A DNA stretch of 63,145 bases, filler included, from Kipferlia bialata (taxonomy: Eukaryota): NCBI GenBank assembly GCA_003568945.1. It is 7 parts of 7 records of this genome, joined end to end, with 100 filler letters (N's around TTAATTAATTAA, not from the genome) between each part and the next. Parts side by side here need not be neighbours in the genome. Positions count along the whole stretch, not along the records: positions 1 to 11,546 come from BDIP01001229.1; positions 11,647 to 17,523 come from BDIP01001230.1; 5 more parts are not named here. One strand, 5' to 3'. Below, one piece after another: positions 1 through 12,687 of the stretch. Under the pieces are notes generated by a model. The model was not told the DNA's origin, ran no database searches, and saw only the letters and a list, made by a program, of their open reading frames with translations. How positions within the stretch are numbered: the stretch's first letter is position 1; each line of letters starts with the position of its first letter. The translations under genes and the position numbers were made by a program.

Positions 1-176
1 GTGTCCCCACCCAGCCCCCCCCCCCCCCCCCCAACCTTGCTTCCGCCCCCTCACCTTCTCCCCCCCCTCACCCCCAGCCAGAGATGGCTGCTGATCTAAT
101 TCTCTCTATATACATGTGTGTGTGTCTCTCTCTCCCTCTCTCTCTCTCTCTCCACCCCCCTCACCCCCAGCCAGAG

Positions 177-3100
177 ATGGCTGCTGTTGACATCGCCAAG
201 TTGTTCAGCGGCCCCCTTGACATGTTCTGCAAGTGAGGACATACACACTCTCTCTCCCTAGTATTTTCATTCTCTGTGTGTGTGTGTATGTGTGTGTGTC
301 TCTCTCTACTTCTCTCTATCTACTTCTCTCTCTCTCTCTGCCTCCCTGTCTCTCTCTCTCTCCCCCCCATTCTTTCCCCATTCAGTGTGAGCAGGCCGGG
401 TGTCTCTCTCTCTCTCTCTCTCTCTCTTCTCCCCTTCCTCTTCTCACCCCAGTCAATGTGAGCAGGCAGCCGGTCCCCTAGGCTGCACCGTGCGAGGTGT
501 GTGTGGCAAGCAGCCCACCACATCCGCCATCCAGGATCTCATTGTGGAGGGGTGCCATGTGTTTGGCGCCCTATGCACTGCTCTCCCTGACGATATGGTC
601 AAGGACGAGTGGCTAGAGGTCTGGGAGAAGGTGGGGGGCAGTGTGTGTGTATATATACCTACATCCTTCCCCTCTGACTCCGTATCTCTCGCTCTCTCTC
701 AATTGGTTGTCTCTCTCCTCCCTCACTCCCAGGCCTGTTTCACCACCCTCACCAACGTCTCCTTCGACGATGTCTCCCTCAAGGCCGTGGCAGAGACTGT
801 CGAGGGTATAGTGCAGGCGGCCAGGGCCCTCGTGCCCAAGGACCACCCCGTGCTCAGGTGGGATAGGTTATGTGTATACGATCGTATTCGGTTTCTTTTC
901 TCCACTCTCTTAAGATCTACCTACACATACCGCCACTCCACTATGCTCACCTACAGCCTGTGTGGCACCTTCCACGTCCCGTCCACTGTCAAGGAGTGTG
1001 TCAAGGAGGGCAGGAAGTACTCCCAGGCAGAGACTTACATCAAGGTACAGGGGGGGTATATACTTATGTAGGTGGGCAGTCACTGCCCGGAAGAGTGTCA
1101 TGCCATGTAGTCACATATATGTAGGTCTACTTACTCTTTCACCACCGTTTTTCGTGTCTATTACACTCTCGCTGACCCCTAGAAGTACGGCCTGACCCTC
1201 GGGGGACTGAGAGAGTTCATCATGCACGGGGTCAAGGTACACACGACATTATCAAGTATTGTCAAATTGAGAGTGGTGATGCAGACCATCACTCCTTTAT
1301 CCCTTTACACCCTCCCCCCACCTCCCCTCACCCCCCAGGGCCTGACTGCCTATGCCGACCACGTCATACATATCCAGGGGGCAGACACCACAAGGGCACC
1401 ACTCCTGGGGGCTGCTAGGGTGAGGGGGTGTATGCTAGTATATCCCTGACTGTATATCTGTACTATACTTACCCTATACGTATATATCCCACCCCCAGGT
1501 CCTGGGTGAGATGCAGGTCAAGACAGACCTCGGTGCCAATGACCTACTGGGTCTGGCCATGGAGATTGGCAGGCTCAACCTGGTATGAAAGTACTCTCTG
1601 TATCTTGTGTGGGTGATGTTTCCAGTCATATACTCTACCTGACCCTAGTCTGTCATCGAGGCCCTGGATGCCATCCACGTGGAGACCTTTGGCCAGCCCA
1701 CCCTGACCCCTGTACCCTGCAGACCCAGGCCCGGCAAGTGCATACTCATCACAGGGCACGACCTCAAGGTACGTATGTTCCTAGCCCACAGTAGAGTGCT
1801 ATAGATATTGGTACTCTTATGTGACTATTGTGTGCCTTATCCCCCAGGACCTTGAGTCTCTGCTGCAGATCACTGACAAGCTGGGCATCACTGTGTACAC
1901 ACATGGCGAGATGATACCAGGTGGGTCACTCTTTCTACACATAGTGAAGACATCCGCCAAGTCTGTTGTGACTCTACTACTCACCCCTCACCCCCAGGAC
2001 ATGCCTACCCCAAGCTCCACGAGCACCCATCCCTGTACGGTAACTACGGTACAGCCTGGCAGAACCAGGTAGATATGCACTGCTGTATCAAAGATATACC
2101 TACTCCCCTTACCCCCAGGTGAAGGAGTTCCCCGACTTCCCCGGCCCCATGCTCTTCACCACCAACTGCATCCAGCAGCCGAGGTATTTAGAGATAGATA
2201 TCTACATATATATGATACATATATATGATTGAATATGGATGCTCATACTGCGTCCAGCAACCAAGGTGGAGAGAGATATTTATGATAAGTGTTAGTCCTG
2301 AATAGACTGACTCCCAGGCCCAGCTACGCCAAGAGAGTCTTCACCACTGGCAGAGTGGCCTTCCCCAACTGCCAGCACCTCGAGGTCAGGACTCTCTCGT
2401 TCTCATCCTTTATTATAATTATTTCTATTATGCCTTCTTTCTATTGTTCCCTTACCCAGTATGGCAAGTGGCAGCCCCTCATTGACTCTGCCCTGGCTGC
2501 CCCTGGCTTCACAGAGGAGGAGTGCCTCACATACAAGGTGTCATCTATATGCATTCATGCATCACACATTGTATGCACTCACTGTATGATTTGCTATGCA
2601 CGATATGTAGTACATCTGGCTTCGCAGAGGAGGAGTGCATGACATACAAGGCATGAGTGGTGCATAGTGTATTGGTGTGCCCAGTCTCCATGTCTCTCCT
2701 CGCCTCCCCTCACCCTAGGACGAGTCCCTCCTCGTTGGTGCCCACCACTCTACAGTGCTGGGCCTGGCCCCTGAGATACTGGACCTGGTGGGGAAGGGGG
2801 CGCTCAAGCACTTCTGGTTCATCGGAGGTAGGGAATAGAGGGGTATTCATTGGGAATGTATCAATATGTATCTGTACTCGTTATGTAACACTAACACCCA
2901 GGCTGTGACGGTGCCAAGCCAGGCCGCAACTACTTCTCCAAGGTATGGACGCAGCTCACCGTATACACACAGACATGCTGCCTTATCGTATCGTATCGTA
3001 TCTTCTCATCCCACTCACCCTAGCTCGCGATGGACATTCCCGATGATCACATCATCCTGACAGGGGCATGTGGCAGGTTCAGGATCAACAGGCTCAAGGA

Positions 3101-3746
3101 CTACGGTACGCACCAGGGTATACTCTTCTTCTTCCGCACATATATATATCGGCACTCACCCCCAGGCGACATCGAGGGCATCCCCCGTCTACTAGATGTG
3201 GGCCAGTGCAACGATGTGTACTCGGCCATCAGGTGGGTGCAGCTCTTGACGATACACTGTACACACTAGTCACCCTCACCCCCAGGATTGCCATGGGTCT
3301 TGCCGAGGCACTACAGTGTGACATCAACGACCTGCCCCTCTCCCTCGTGGTGTCATGGTATGTGTGTACATATATGCACATATATGTGGTTCCCATATAT
3401 CTCCCCTCATCTCTGGCTAACCCCTTAGGTATGAGCAGAAGGCTGTTGTGCAGCTCCTCACTCTACTACACCTGGGTCTCAAGAACATCAAGCTCGGACC
3501 CTCCCTGCCCAAGTGCCTGTCCCCCGAGGTCATCAATGTCCTGGTGGATGCATTCGGCATATCACTCACAGACCCAGAGAAGGTGTGGTTCTGAATTAAT
3601 GCATATATAGTGTCAAGAACAGAGTTAGTGTCTAAATGCCATGTTGACAAACCTCTTAGTAGTCTCTGTGATACTATTCACTATGTGACCCGACCCATCT
3701 CACACACCAGGTTGCCGAGGATATAGCAGCAGTCACTGGCCAGTAG
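177..3746 (+). CDS. hcp: Hybrid cluster protein (hydroxylamine/NO reductase, prismane), ~20 exons; possibly 5'-incomplete
   Basis: Spliced translation gives [24 protein letters not shown] (C-x2-C-x8-C-x5-C cubane motif), [94 protein letters not shown]. Stop TAG at 3744-3746. An acceptor just before the first exon (~170) allows an off-window upstream exon. Confidence 0.95.
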
Positions 3747-4180
3747 AATGGTGTGTGCAGCACCTTTCTCTGGTAACAGACGGTGAGCATGTGTATATGC
3801 AATGTCTCCTGGATATGCAACTGTATCTTGCATTCGATGGTCCATTTGGTGACTGTGTTCACACAATACACAGAGTATACTTCACTTCTGTCCTCTCACA
3901 GTCAATCTCAAGTAAATGACTGATGGCTGTCCGTATGTGGTGTGTGGCTGTCTCCGTCCAACACGAATAGTAGATTCTCTCTCGTACTGTTATGTTGTTC
4001 ACCTCTGAGAGTTTCAAGTCCACTGACCCAACATCTTGCCGGTTTGAAGGTCTCAAAACTGTTGGTCTTATACTGTTGTGAGACTACTTCGTGACCATGA
4101 GGCATAGATACCCTCACGTACTGCTCTTCAAAGATAGACACTGGCCTGTTCAACTGCTGTGAATCTACTCTTCCAACTGG

Positions 4181-7100
4181 ATGTTGCTCAGCAACTGGCT
4201 GTGCCTCTATGCTTCCATCGCCGTGTTCTCTTACATTATGCAACAAGCTATGCGTAGAGGAGAAACACTGAGACGGTGTACAGCGTCACTCGTACCATCT
4301 AAACCTGTCAGTTCAGTTCATCCTGTCGAGCGAGGGCTGAGAGTGACTTGTCCAGCAGATGACTTGATACAGATACTACATATTCTGATGGCTGACAGCT
4401 CACTTGCACCCCTACACGATAGGCTGAGTGAACTCGTGTCTAGTGTAGTTAGGCAGGAGCTGTACACAGGGCTCGCCGACAAAGGTGAGGAGCATGGAAT
4501 GGTAGACGCCCTGCCAGATGCTCACACTGACCCACCCTCTCCCATCCCGTACGCCGAGGATGTGCTAGAAGATGATTCTCGTGACACACTACTAGACCAC
4601 AGTGAACTAGGCGATGTGTTTAGGTACTGACTGTGTACAGATAGTGTCTTCTACGCCATTTTGAATTATGTACCGTACTCTCTACCAATACAAATATCAG
4701 CGACTATAATTGGGAAGACAATCTCAGCAGTGTCTCCGTCGCTGCCTTCGAGAGAGAGAGAGAGAGCCACGACCCCAGTGCATCCGGGTCGGACAGCCAG
4801 ATTCTACAGTCATTCTCTGAGCGTTGCAACAAGTTTTCCTTCTCCTCGCCAAGACCTACAACTGGTTCCTACCTCTCAAACCCAACTACAAACGAGGTCA
4901 GTGGACAGTTGCGGGCTACAGCTCCTCAAACGATGTGTTTGGATTCCACTCACACACAGCTTCGCGTCTCTGAAAACTGGCTTAGGATGGCACATTGGGA
5001 CATCAGTACTGAGGATAGAGGTTGGTGTGAAACGTATCTAAGCCTGAGACAACGATGGTTGAATTGAGTCTTCATAGTGTAATTTGATGCAGTGTTTCTG
5101 ACCACCAAGTGTTCTCCTTCTTCTCGGTCCACTCTATCCTGAGGCGAACCCACCACTCCGACAGGGCCTTTCTTGGACAAGGTTGTTGAAGATCTGTGTT
5201 GGAGTATGCTGGCTATAGGTCTTGAATACAGAATTCTATTGCTTTGATGTAGAGTATGGATACTCTTCTTCTTCAACCTACCCACAGCTGTTGACCAAGC
5301 TCTTAAGGGGAACAGGAAGCTGTATGTACAGGTTCGATGGCGTTCGGGAAAGCACACTAGGTATAATTACAATCCACCGCCTGTCCTTCTGGGTATGTCG
5401 GAAATGTGACCAATTTCTGTCTGTCGCACTGCATCACTCACTCCCTACGGCAGTACTAACCATCAAGGTCTCATCGCAAATACCCCCTTCTCCTATTAGT
5501 GTTCAGTGGCTCTGTGGTAAGACGGGACACAGGTGGTAACCCTATCCTCTTTGCAGGTGTAGACGAGTTGTCTAGGGTACTGAGGTGCCACGAAGAAGAG
5601 AAGTACCATGCACAATATGTCACAGGGTAAGTGGTTCTGTGGATTCGTACCTTGAGACTCTCTAGTGAGACCGTGTCATTAATGCCATGTAGTATCGGAA
5701 ATGATGTAATGATACTGACCCGAGGCGACAAATACTGCAACAGACCAGGCATCTGGGAGATATCAGCCTTATGACAAGCGCAGACGATACCGGAGAATGC
5801 AGTGCCGCCTTTCAACACCTGATGTGTCTACTAACTACACGTTTCCCTACATGTATGCACAGACACAGACACCAACAAGACAAGACCATCGCGAGCCTGA
5901 GGTCTTCTCTGTACCCTTCCAAGTCGACCCTGGATGGGTGTTTCATGGCAAGGAGGTACGGAATCGATAACCAGTGGAAAAACACTCGTCAGGCGGGGTG
6001 ACAACTTATCACCACTGTAGTCTACTGTGCTTTGCTGATATATCGGTTCTAACGCAGGTTACCACCAAACCTTACGGCCCCCATAAGGTGGAAGGTCACT
6101 CAACAGGTATGGGTGAAATGCATACCAACGGGAGTCAATGTCGGTGCCACTTCTCAGTGCCGTCAATAAAGGGATCAATGTAAGAGCTAATATGAATTAT
6201 AGCCAAAACCAGAGTTCTTCACTGACAGGATGTGAATGCAGTACTGAATAGCTACTCTGTAATGGTATCAACTGAGGACGGTTATGGACTTCTTGAGCGC
6301 GCACTACGTGATCCAAAGTTCGATGCATTCTCCTTCGACAGACAGACACATGGACTTGGATTTGTGTTCTTGTTCCTGCATGTGTTCTCGATCCACAACT
6401 ACTTCGACCTTGTGCACATTAGTCGTAAGGTAAGCAAATGGCATCATAGATGTCTCTTGAGTAACACTTCGTATAATAACTTGCGGCCATTGACCTAATC
6501 TTCAGAGTGTTGCAGGGTACCTATTGGCCGTAAGGACAATGCTACACGACTGTCCATTCCACAACAGACTCCACACGCTAGACTCCCTGCAGGTATCAGA
6601 ACACAGTAATGAACCTCTCTTCCCTATAGTGGAAGCAGAAGTCTAGTTGGTTATATTGTATTACCACTCATTACCAGTGCGCGGTTCTCCTTAGTGCCGG
6701 ATACAATCAGTCAGATACTCAGCGACTGCTTCCACCAATACTAAGGATACTGCTGCTCTTCGCAGTGGTTAGCCGGAATCTTGATCGTCCAGGTATGCTA
6801 TTATTTTGAAACCTCCCATCTCTCAGACATAACTTTGATGTCTGAGACTGCAAACTTGTTTTGTGACATTACCCCTCAGGTCTTTCGACTTCATATGTAA
6901 GGGAAACTGGTCATCCCATAGGAGTTGTTCATGGCCTGATGACACCTTTTGAGAAGCAGGTGAGAGCTAGTACCAGTCACTGTTATTACACAGTCCTTAA
7001 TGTCAGGCGTCAACGGTTGCTCTCTTCACCCTTCGGCACTTCCGCATCCTAGAGGCCCTTCCCCAAGGGTCCTCTCCCATCATCCACCGTGCTATAGTAG

Positions 7101-7340
7101 CCACTAACACGGACAACATGCGTACAATGGGGTATATACTCAGGCATAGGCAGCCGATATGGGCGGATACTACACTGGCATGTTCTAGTACTGTCTATCC
7201 TCCTGTGATGGTAGATCCCACATCCTCTCCGGCACGGACACAGGAACTCTACCTTCATGCAATCGCTGGAGTGTCGACAGTAGGTGTGTATCAGTGGCTG
7301 AATCATCAGCAGCATATACATCAGCGTCAATACTAAGTTA
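4181..7340 (+). other. Unassigned fragmented coding-like region (possibly degenerate gene or element)
   Basis: Protein-like ORF pieces (4181-4630, 5222-5360, 6232-6430, ~7008-7283), some with splice-like ends. Intervening segments have stops in all frames, and no motif is recognised. Confidence 0.3.
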
Positions 7341-8072
7341 CTATCACGTATTCTCACTGCAGTCAATGCCGCTAGGCCGTGGCCGGTGGCCAGGTTGTTT
7401 GGCCTAAGGCGTATGAAGGAGTCATTTGGGTGTGGTATGCTTGAAACTGCGGCTGGTATTCCTGTTCCCCCCAGGTGATACAACTGCTGTAATATGCAGC
7501 AATGCTAGACACGTGATGAGCAGTTGGCCTACAATTCTTCCTGTACAATCTGACATACAGGCGTGACATTGAATATGACAATCCGGCAATAACGACGCGA
7601 CTCTGTCAGGTTGCATTTCTACGCGATGTGGCAGAACCACTCTTAGGTACACAGGGGACAGTCTTCTATGTCATTACTGTAAGGGTATATTTGCAGCCAA
7701 TGGCTGCCAGCCATATACGTCAGTCTGATCGCCAGAATCGCTGTATGCATGGAAGATGAGAAGCCGCATAGGTGTAAATGACCCTGTATATAGGAAACTG
7801 CTATCACAGGTACATTAGCGTGTATGGAGTCACTATAGAGGTATAGTGAATTCAAAGGAAGCACTTGTCCTCACAACCCTCTTGATAACGCCAGTGCCGA
7901 GAGAACCGGAGACACTGGGTGGAGAATGACAAGTAGGCGACATGATATTTACTTCTTCTGAATGAAGTTAGTTCCCCAGCCATACGAAGAAGTGAATATT
8001 GGTGTCTATATTCAAATAGAGGGAAACTGATCATCCTACAGTATCATTCACCCGCTATACATGTAGCAGTCT

Positions 8073-8810
8073 CTACTTGAACGTGAGGGCTGTCCCTCTC
8101 CTCACCACCTTTCTGAATGTGTCAGCCACCTCCTCCACAGCCATGGAGAGTGTGTCCACACCCCCAGCCACACTCTGCCTCACACTCTCATAGGTGTGGT
8201 AGGCACCCACGGTGTGCACACCAACACACACAGGGGGGGAGGTCTGGGGTGAGGGGGGGGAGCATTCTCAAATATATATGAGCGGATGGAGCAGTATGAA
8301 TATAGATATGTGAATGTAAATGTGACACGAGAGGCACCCACCTTGTACCCCACGTCCATCTCCTCTCCATCCACACCAGGCACTAGGACATGCCGCCTGG
8401 CACCCGCCCTGAAGTAAGTATATATGGTGAAAGAGAGAGGGGGAGTAGTATGAGGCAGAGAGAGAGAGAGTGGCGGAATGCGGGTAAATGTAGTCATACC
8501 TGAACACTATGGCTCCGCTGCACTCAGCCACTCTCTCCTCAGAGGACAGGGGGTCCAGCACAACACAGGTGCCTTCCTAGAGGTAAGAGAGAGGAGAGAG
8601 AGAGAAGAGAGAGAGAGGTACATATCCGCCCACCCTCTTGTGCTTGTCAAACACTGCCACCCCAACAGCCACCAGCGTGGCCTCGAGGGGGATGCCACTC
8701 AGACAGAGAGAGAGAGAGGCGCAGTTGAGCATGTGGGCCAGAGCAGACCCAGAGTCAGACAGGAGGCGCAGCTTGATATGGACAGCCTGGGCCTGATAGT
8801 GAGGGTGTGG
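8073..8810 (-). CDS. 3' part of unknown multi-exon gene (5' end lost in gap)
   Basis: Exons with GT-AG ends: ...GIPLEATLVAVGVAVFDKHKR / GTCVVLDPLSSEERVAECSGAIVF / ARRHVLVPGVDGEEMDVGYK / ...YESVRQSVAGGVDTLSMAVEEVADTFRKVVRRGTALTFK*. C-rich intron ends lie on the minus strand. Confidence 0.6.
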
Positions 8811-9153
8811 AAGGGGGGGGGGGGGGGGGGGGGGGGGGGGGAGGGAGAGAGAGGGGAAGANNNNNNNNNNNNNNNNNNNNNNNNNNNNNNNNNNNNNNNN
8901 NNNNNNNNNNNNNNNNNNNNNNNNNNNNNNNNNNNNNNNNNNNNNNNNNNNNNNNNNNNNNNNNNNNNNNNNNNNNNNNNNNNNNNNNNNNNNNNNNNNN
9001 NNNNNNNNNNNNNNNNNATCTAGGTTTTAGTCTCATAGTGCCCCCCCCCCCCCCCCCCACTACACCTTTCTCACTCTATCAATGACAAACCCTTGGCATG
9101 GAAAGTGAGCACCCACATGCATGTACACTAACTAGCTATTTGTATAACCCCAG

Positions 9154-11388
9154 GCATGGTCCTTGACCGCATCCGGGATGCTGCCTATGCCGGGTATGGC
9201 CATGGCCACATGGACATGGAGCCCAGCCAGAGTGTCAGTGTGTCAATGACGGGGATGGCTAGCAGGTATTCAGCGAGTATTATATAATGTGCAGTTGGTG
9301 TATTCCACTTCCCTGCCTGATATGACTTTGCTAACTGTCTGGGATGACCCATGCTAATCTGGCGTCTTCCTCTCCCTTTCAATATTCTCTTTTCCTCTCT
9401 TTCTCCCCCCCTCTCTATCCGTTACTAATACTATCCAGTAATCTCCCTATCTCTCTCTCTAGCCGTGACTCTTACCCTCCAGGAAGACCCATGCAGCCCT
9501 GGCACTCAGACGGTTTGCACTCAGGTATGAACAAGAATGATTGTTATGATTCATTCATATTATATATACCGGCATGAGTTCCGACAAGTCTCCATACTTT
9601 CAAACCATCTATATAAAACATGTGTGTCATTATGAAGGTTCTCACAACTGCCTTACCTCCAGGAAGAACGGTACCTTTAGACCCAGCAAGAGACTTAGGT
9701 TAGTGTGATGGATTCAAGTAATCTACGCTACAACACATTACATACTGATACAATACATGAGTTCATGTATGTTAATGAACCCTTCACACCCAGGTCCTGG
9801 CAGCTTGCAGAACCTGTGCGTGTCGGCTCATTCTACACCTCCCTAGTCACTAGGTATGGGGTGTATATATTGTGTACCCACATATACACACGCATATGCA
9901 TATATATATATATATATATATATATGCTGTATGCACACATACACTGATTCCCCAGAACCTTGTGTTTGCAGTATTATATTTGCTGTGTATGCACTATGTA
10001 TATGCTCAGTATCTAACACTAGGAACCTGGTCTTTGCCGACCCCATGATGAACACCAAGATCAAGGCCAGCCACATACCGCAGAGGTAGGAGTACATGTA
10101 TATACATATCTGCTTATACTCTACAGTTATACTGTATTGTTGATATTTACATATATCATCCAAGATCAAGGCCAGCCACATACCGCAGAGGTACATGTAT
10201 ATTTGCATATGTACACCTCTTTATCATCTCACACTGTGTTTCTATATTAATGTGTGTCTCTAACCCTAGGAAGAAGCATGCCTCGTCCCGCATCCTGTTG
10301 CTGGTCAAGGGGTACTTCCCAGAGGGGGCATGCCACCACAGAGGTAGATTATTGGTATATATTGTATACTACATGCTCTATGTATGTATACTATGTATAG
10401 GATGTGTTTGATTATGGGGTACTTCCCAGAGGGGGCATGTCACCCCAGAGGTAGATATATCTACCGTGTCCAGTGTATTATGGACAAGAACATTCTTTCT
10501 CCAACCCCCCCCCAATGCACACGTGATTTTACTCTCTAACCATAGGCATGTTCCCCGAGTGGGACAGACTCATCTTCCTGGACGCCGTCTACCTCGACCC
10601 CTCCCAGACACTGTCCACATACACACCCCTGCTGAGGTCACTCCTAGACGAGGTATAGACGTTTTTCATGTACATTAGGTGTGCTACAATGGGGTGTATC
10701 CCTGTCATTGCTGCATGATGAGGTCATTGTACACAAGTGCGCTGCTCTATTTGTATCGGCTCTATTTCCCGCACCACTGGTCTGTCTCACCCCTAGGGAG
10801 AGAACCGCCTAGCGGGTCAGACCTGTGAGGGTGGGGAGAGAGAGAGACCAGATGACAAGGGAGAGAGAGAGGTTGCAGTGTACGAGGAGGTGTCATCATC
10901 AGAAGTCATCCACATGCCACTCACCAGGTATGAATGTAAATGTAGATATTCCAGTGTAGACGTGGGTCTATACTGTAGGATATCTAAACCTAGGTCCCCC
11001 TCTGAGCTTTGCATCCACTGTGGCGATGTCCTGCATATATATATATTTACTATATATGTATGTGTTCTCTATGTTCTCTATGTTCTCCATGCTATAGTCT
11101 AATATACAGATCACCGTCTGAGCTTGGCATCCACTGTGGCGATGTCCTTGTGGTGCAGTATGTACCCAGGCAGGAGCAGAGGGAGAGAGAGAGAGAGACA
11201 TTCGGGGTGACGGACAGGGCATTCGCACTTTCAGCCTATGAGGAGGTACTACGACATTATCTCGTCTTTACTTTCCTTTTCTCCTTTACATTCAGGGTAT
11301 CGACCAAACTAGTCTCTCTCTCTCTCTCTCTCTAACCCTTCAGGAGAGAGACTTGGCCACTGAGCTTCTCACCCACTCTGCTAACCAG
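9154..11388 (+). CDS. Unknown multi-exon protein, 3'-truncated by contig end
   Basis: About 10 short exons with typical acceptors: MVLDRIRDAAY..., SWQLAEPVRVGSFYTSLVT, NLVFADPMMNTKIKASHIPQR, KKHASSRILLLVKGYFPEG, MFPEWDRLIFLDAVYLDPSQTL, ELGIHCGDVLVVQYV. The start codon is uncertain. Confidence 0.6.
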
Positions 11389-11546
11389 GTATGGCACATT
11401 GATATTTCATGTACACAGTACCCGCCATATACCCACTATGTGCACCCTGCTAGTGCTGTGTATCAGTCACAACCATGACCCACAGCCCATTATCTCATTC
11501 TACTCTAGTGTCCCCCCACCCACCCTTACACCCTGAGTCCTACACA

Positions 11547-11646
11547 NNNNNNNNNNNNNNNNNNNNNNNNNNNNNNNNNNNNNNNNNNNNTTAATTAATT
11601 AANNNNNNNNNNNNNNNNNNNNNNNNNNNNNNNNNNNNNNNNNNNN
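11547..11646. other. Artificial contig spacer N44-TTAATTAATTAA-N44 (others at 17524-17623, 29155-29254, 36117-36216, 47670-47769, 59220-59319)
   Basis: The identical 12-mer with stops in all six frames is centred in 100-nt N blocks, and genes break at each one. Confidence 0.97.
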
Positions 11647-11698
<52 letters not shown>

Positions 11699-11709
11699 TT
11701 CCCCCCCAG

Positions 11710-12372
11710 GTATGCTCCCCCAGTTTAGGGAGACAATGAGTGCTGGCAAGAGAGTGCCTACCGCAGAGTCCGGAGAGGGGGAGGAGAGTATCATGAACAT
11801 GGGCCGTACCCAGGCCCCCAATCCTAATGGGGGAGATAGGGGTCACAACCAATTCGTGCAGACAAAGAGGGCCACGACCAAGACCCGGAACCTGTTGCTA
11901 GAGCCCATCACCCCTCAGGTACATCAGTCTGTCTTGTATTCTACTATTCTCAGGTACAACAGTGCCCCTCCCTGTTTCTCTATCCTGTTTTGATTACATT
12001 TCGACGACAGTGTATTCTAGTAGTTCTTTTCCAGGGGCATTCTCACACACATTCTTCTACTTACTGCCAGGAGAAGAGCGATGTGCCCGTCACCACCAGC
12101 CAGGTTAGTCAAACGTAGTACTAATTCTAGTGTATTCCATGTCTTCATTGGTCTATATGTACTCGTGTCACTGTCCCAAACACCTTATAACCTCAGGAGC
12201 ATGGGTTCTACCAGGATGTGATGGAGGCAGACCTATTCCCAAGGGTAGGGGGTGAGATAGGGGTGGTGTGGGTGATGTCGACCGTCTTTGAGCCATCTCT
12301 CTATCAATGTCCATGTCTGTATCTATCAGTAACCCAGGACGCACACGCCCTCAGGTCCATTCCATTCGAGTG
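11710..12372 (+). CDS. 3' end of unknown multi-exon gene
   Basis: Acceptor after poly-C, then exons MLPQFRET...LLEPITPQ / EKSDVPVTTSQ / EHGFYQDVMEADLFP... Confidence 0.45.
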
Positions 12373-12687
12373 AGCCCATTTGAGAGGATGAGTTGGTGGG
12401 AGGTCACTCCTAGGCTGTCCACTTGTGTCAATGTATAGTCCGTAAGGGATGCATATATATGATGCATGTATAGGGACTTGAGTCTGGTCAAGGTGTGCCC
12501 ACACCGCCAACACAGTGTATAATAGAGATCTATTCATTAGGAACACAACGTGTAGTGGGGAGATTCTCTAGGGCAAGTAAATATCTGTATGAGAGATACT
12601 CTTGTAATGCCACTGAAAGACCTCATAGTTTTCGTAGTAGTGAGAGCAACAAATACATATGTATTCGGAATAAGGGACCCATTGGGA

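Noticed and set aside
7049..7483. Minus ORF with AALTAVRIRD, vaguely like a tyrosine recombinase box
   Set aside because: No HxxR or catalytic Tyr motif, and the plus strand looks more coding.
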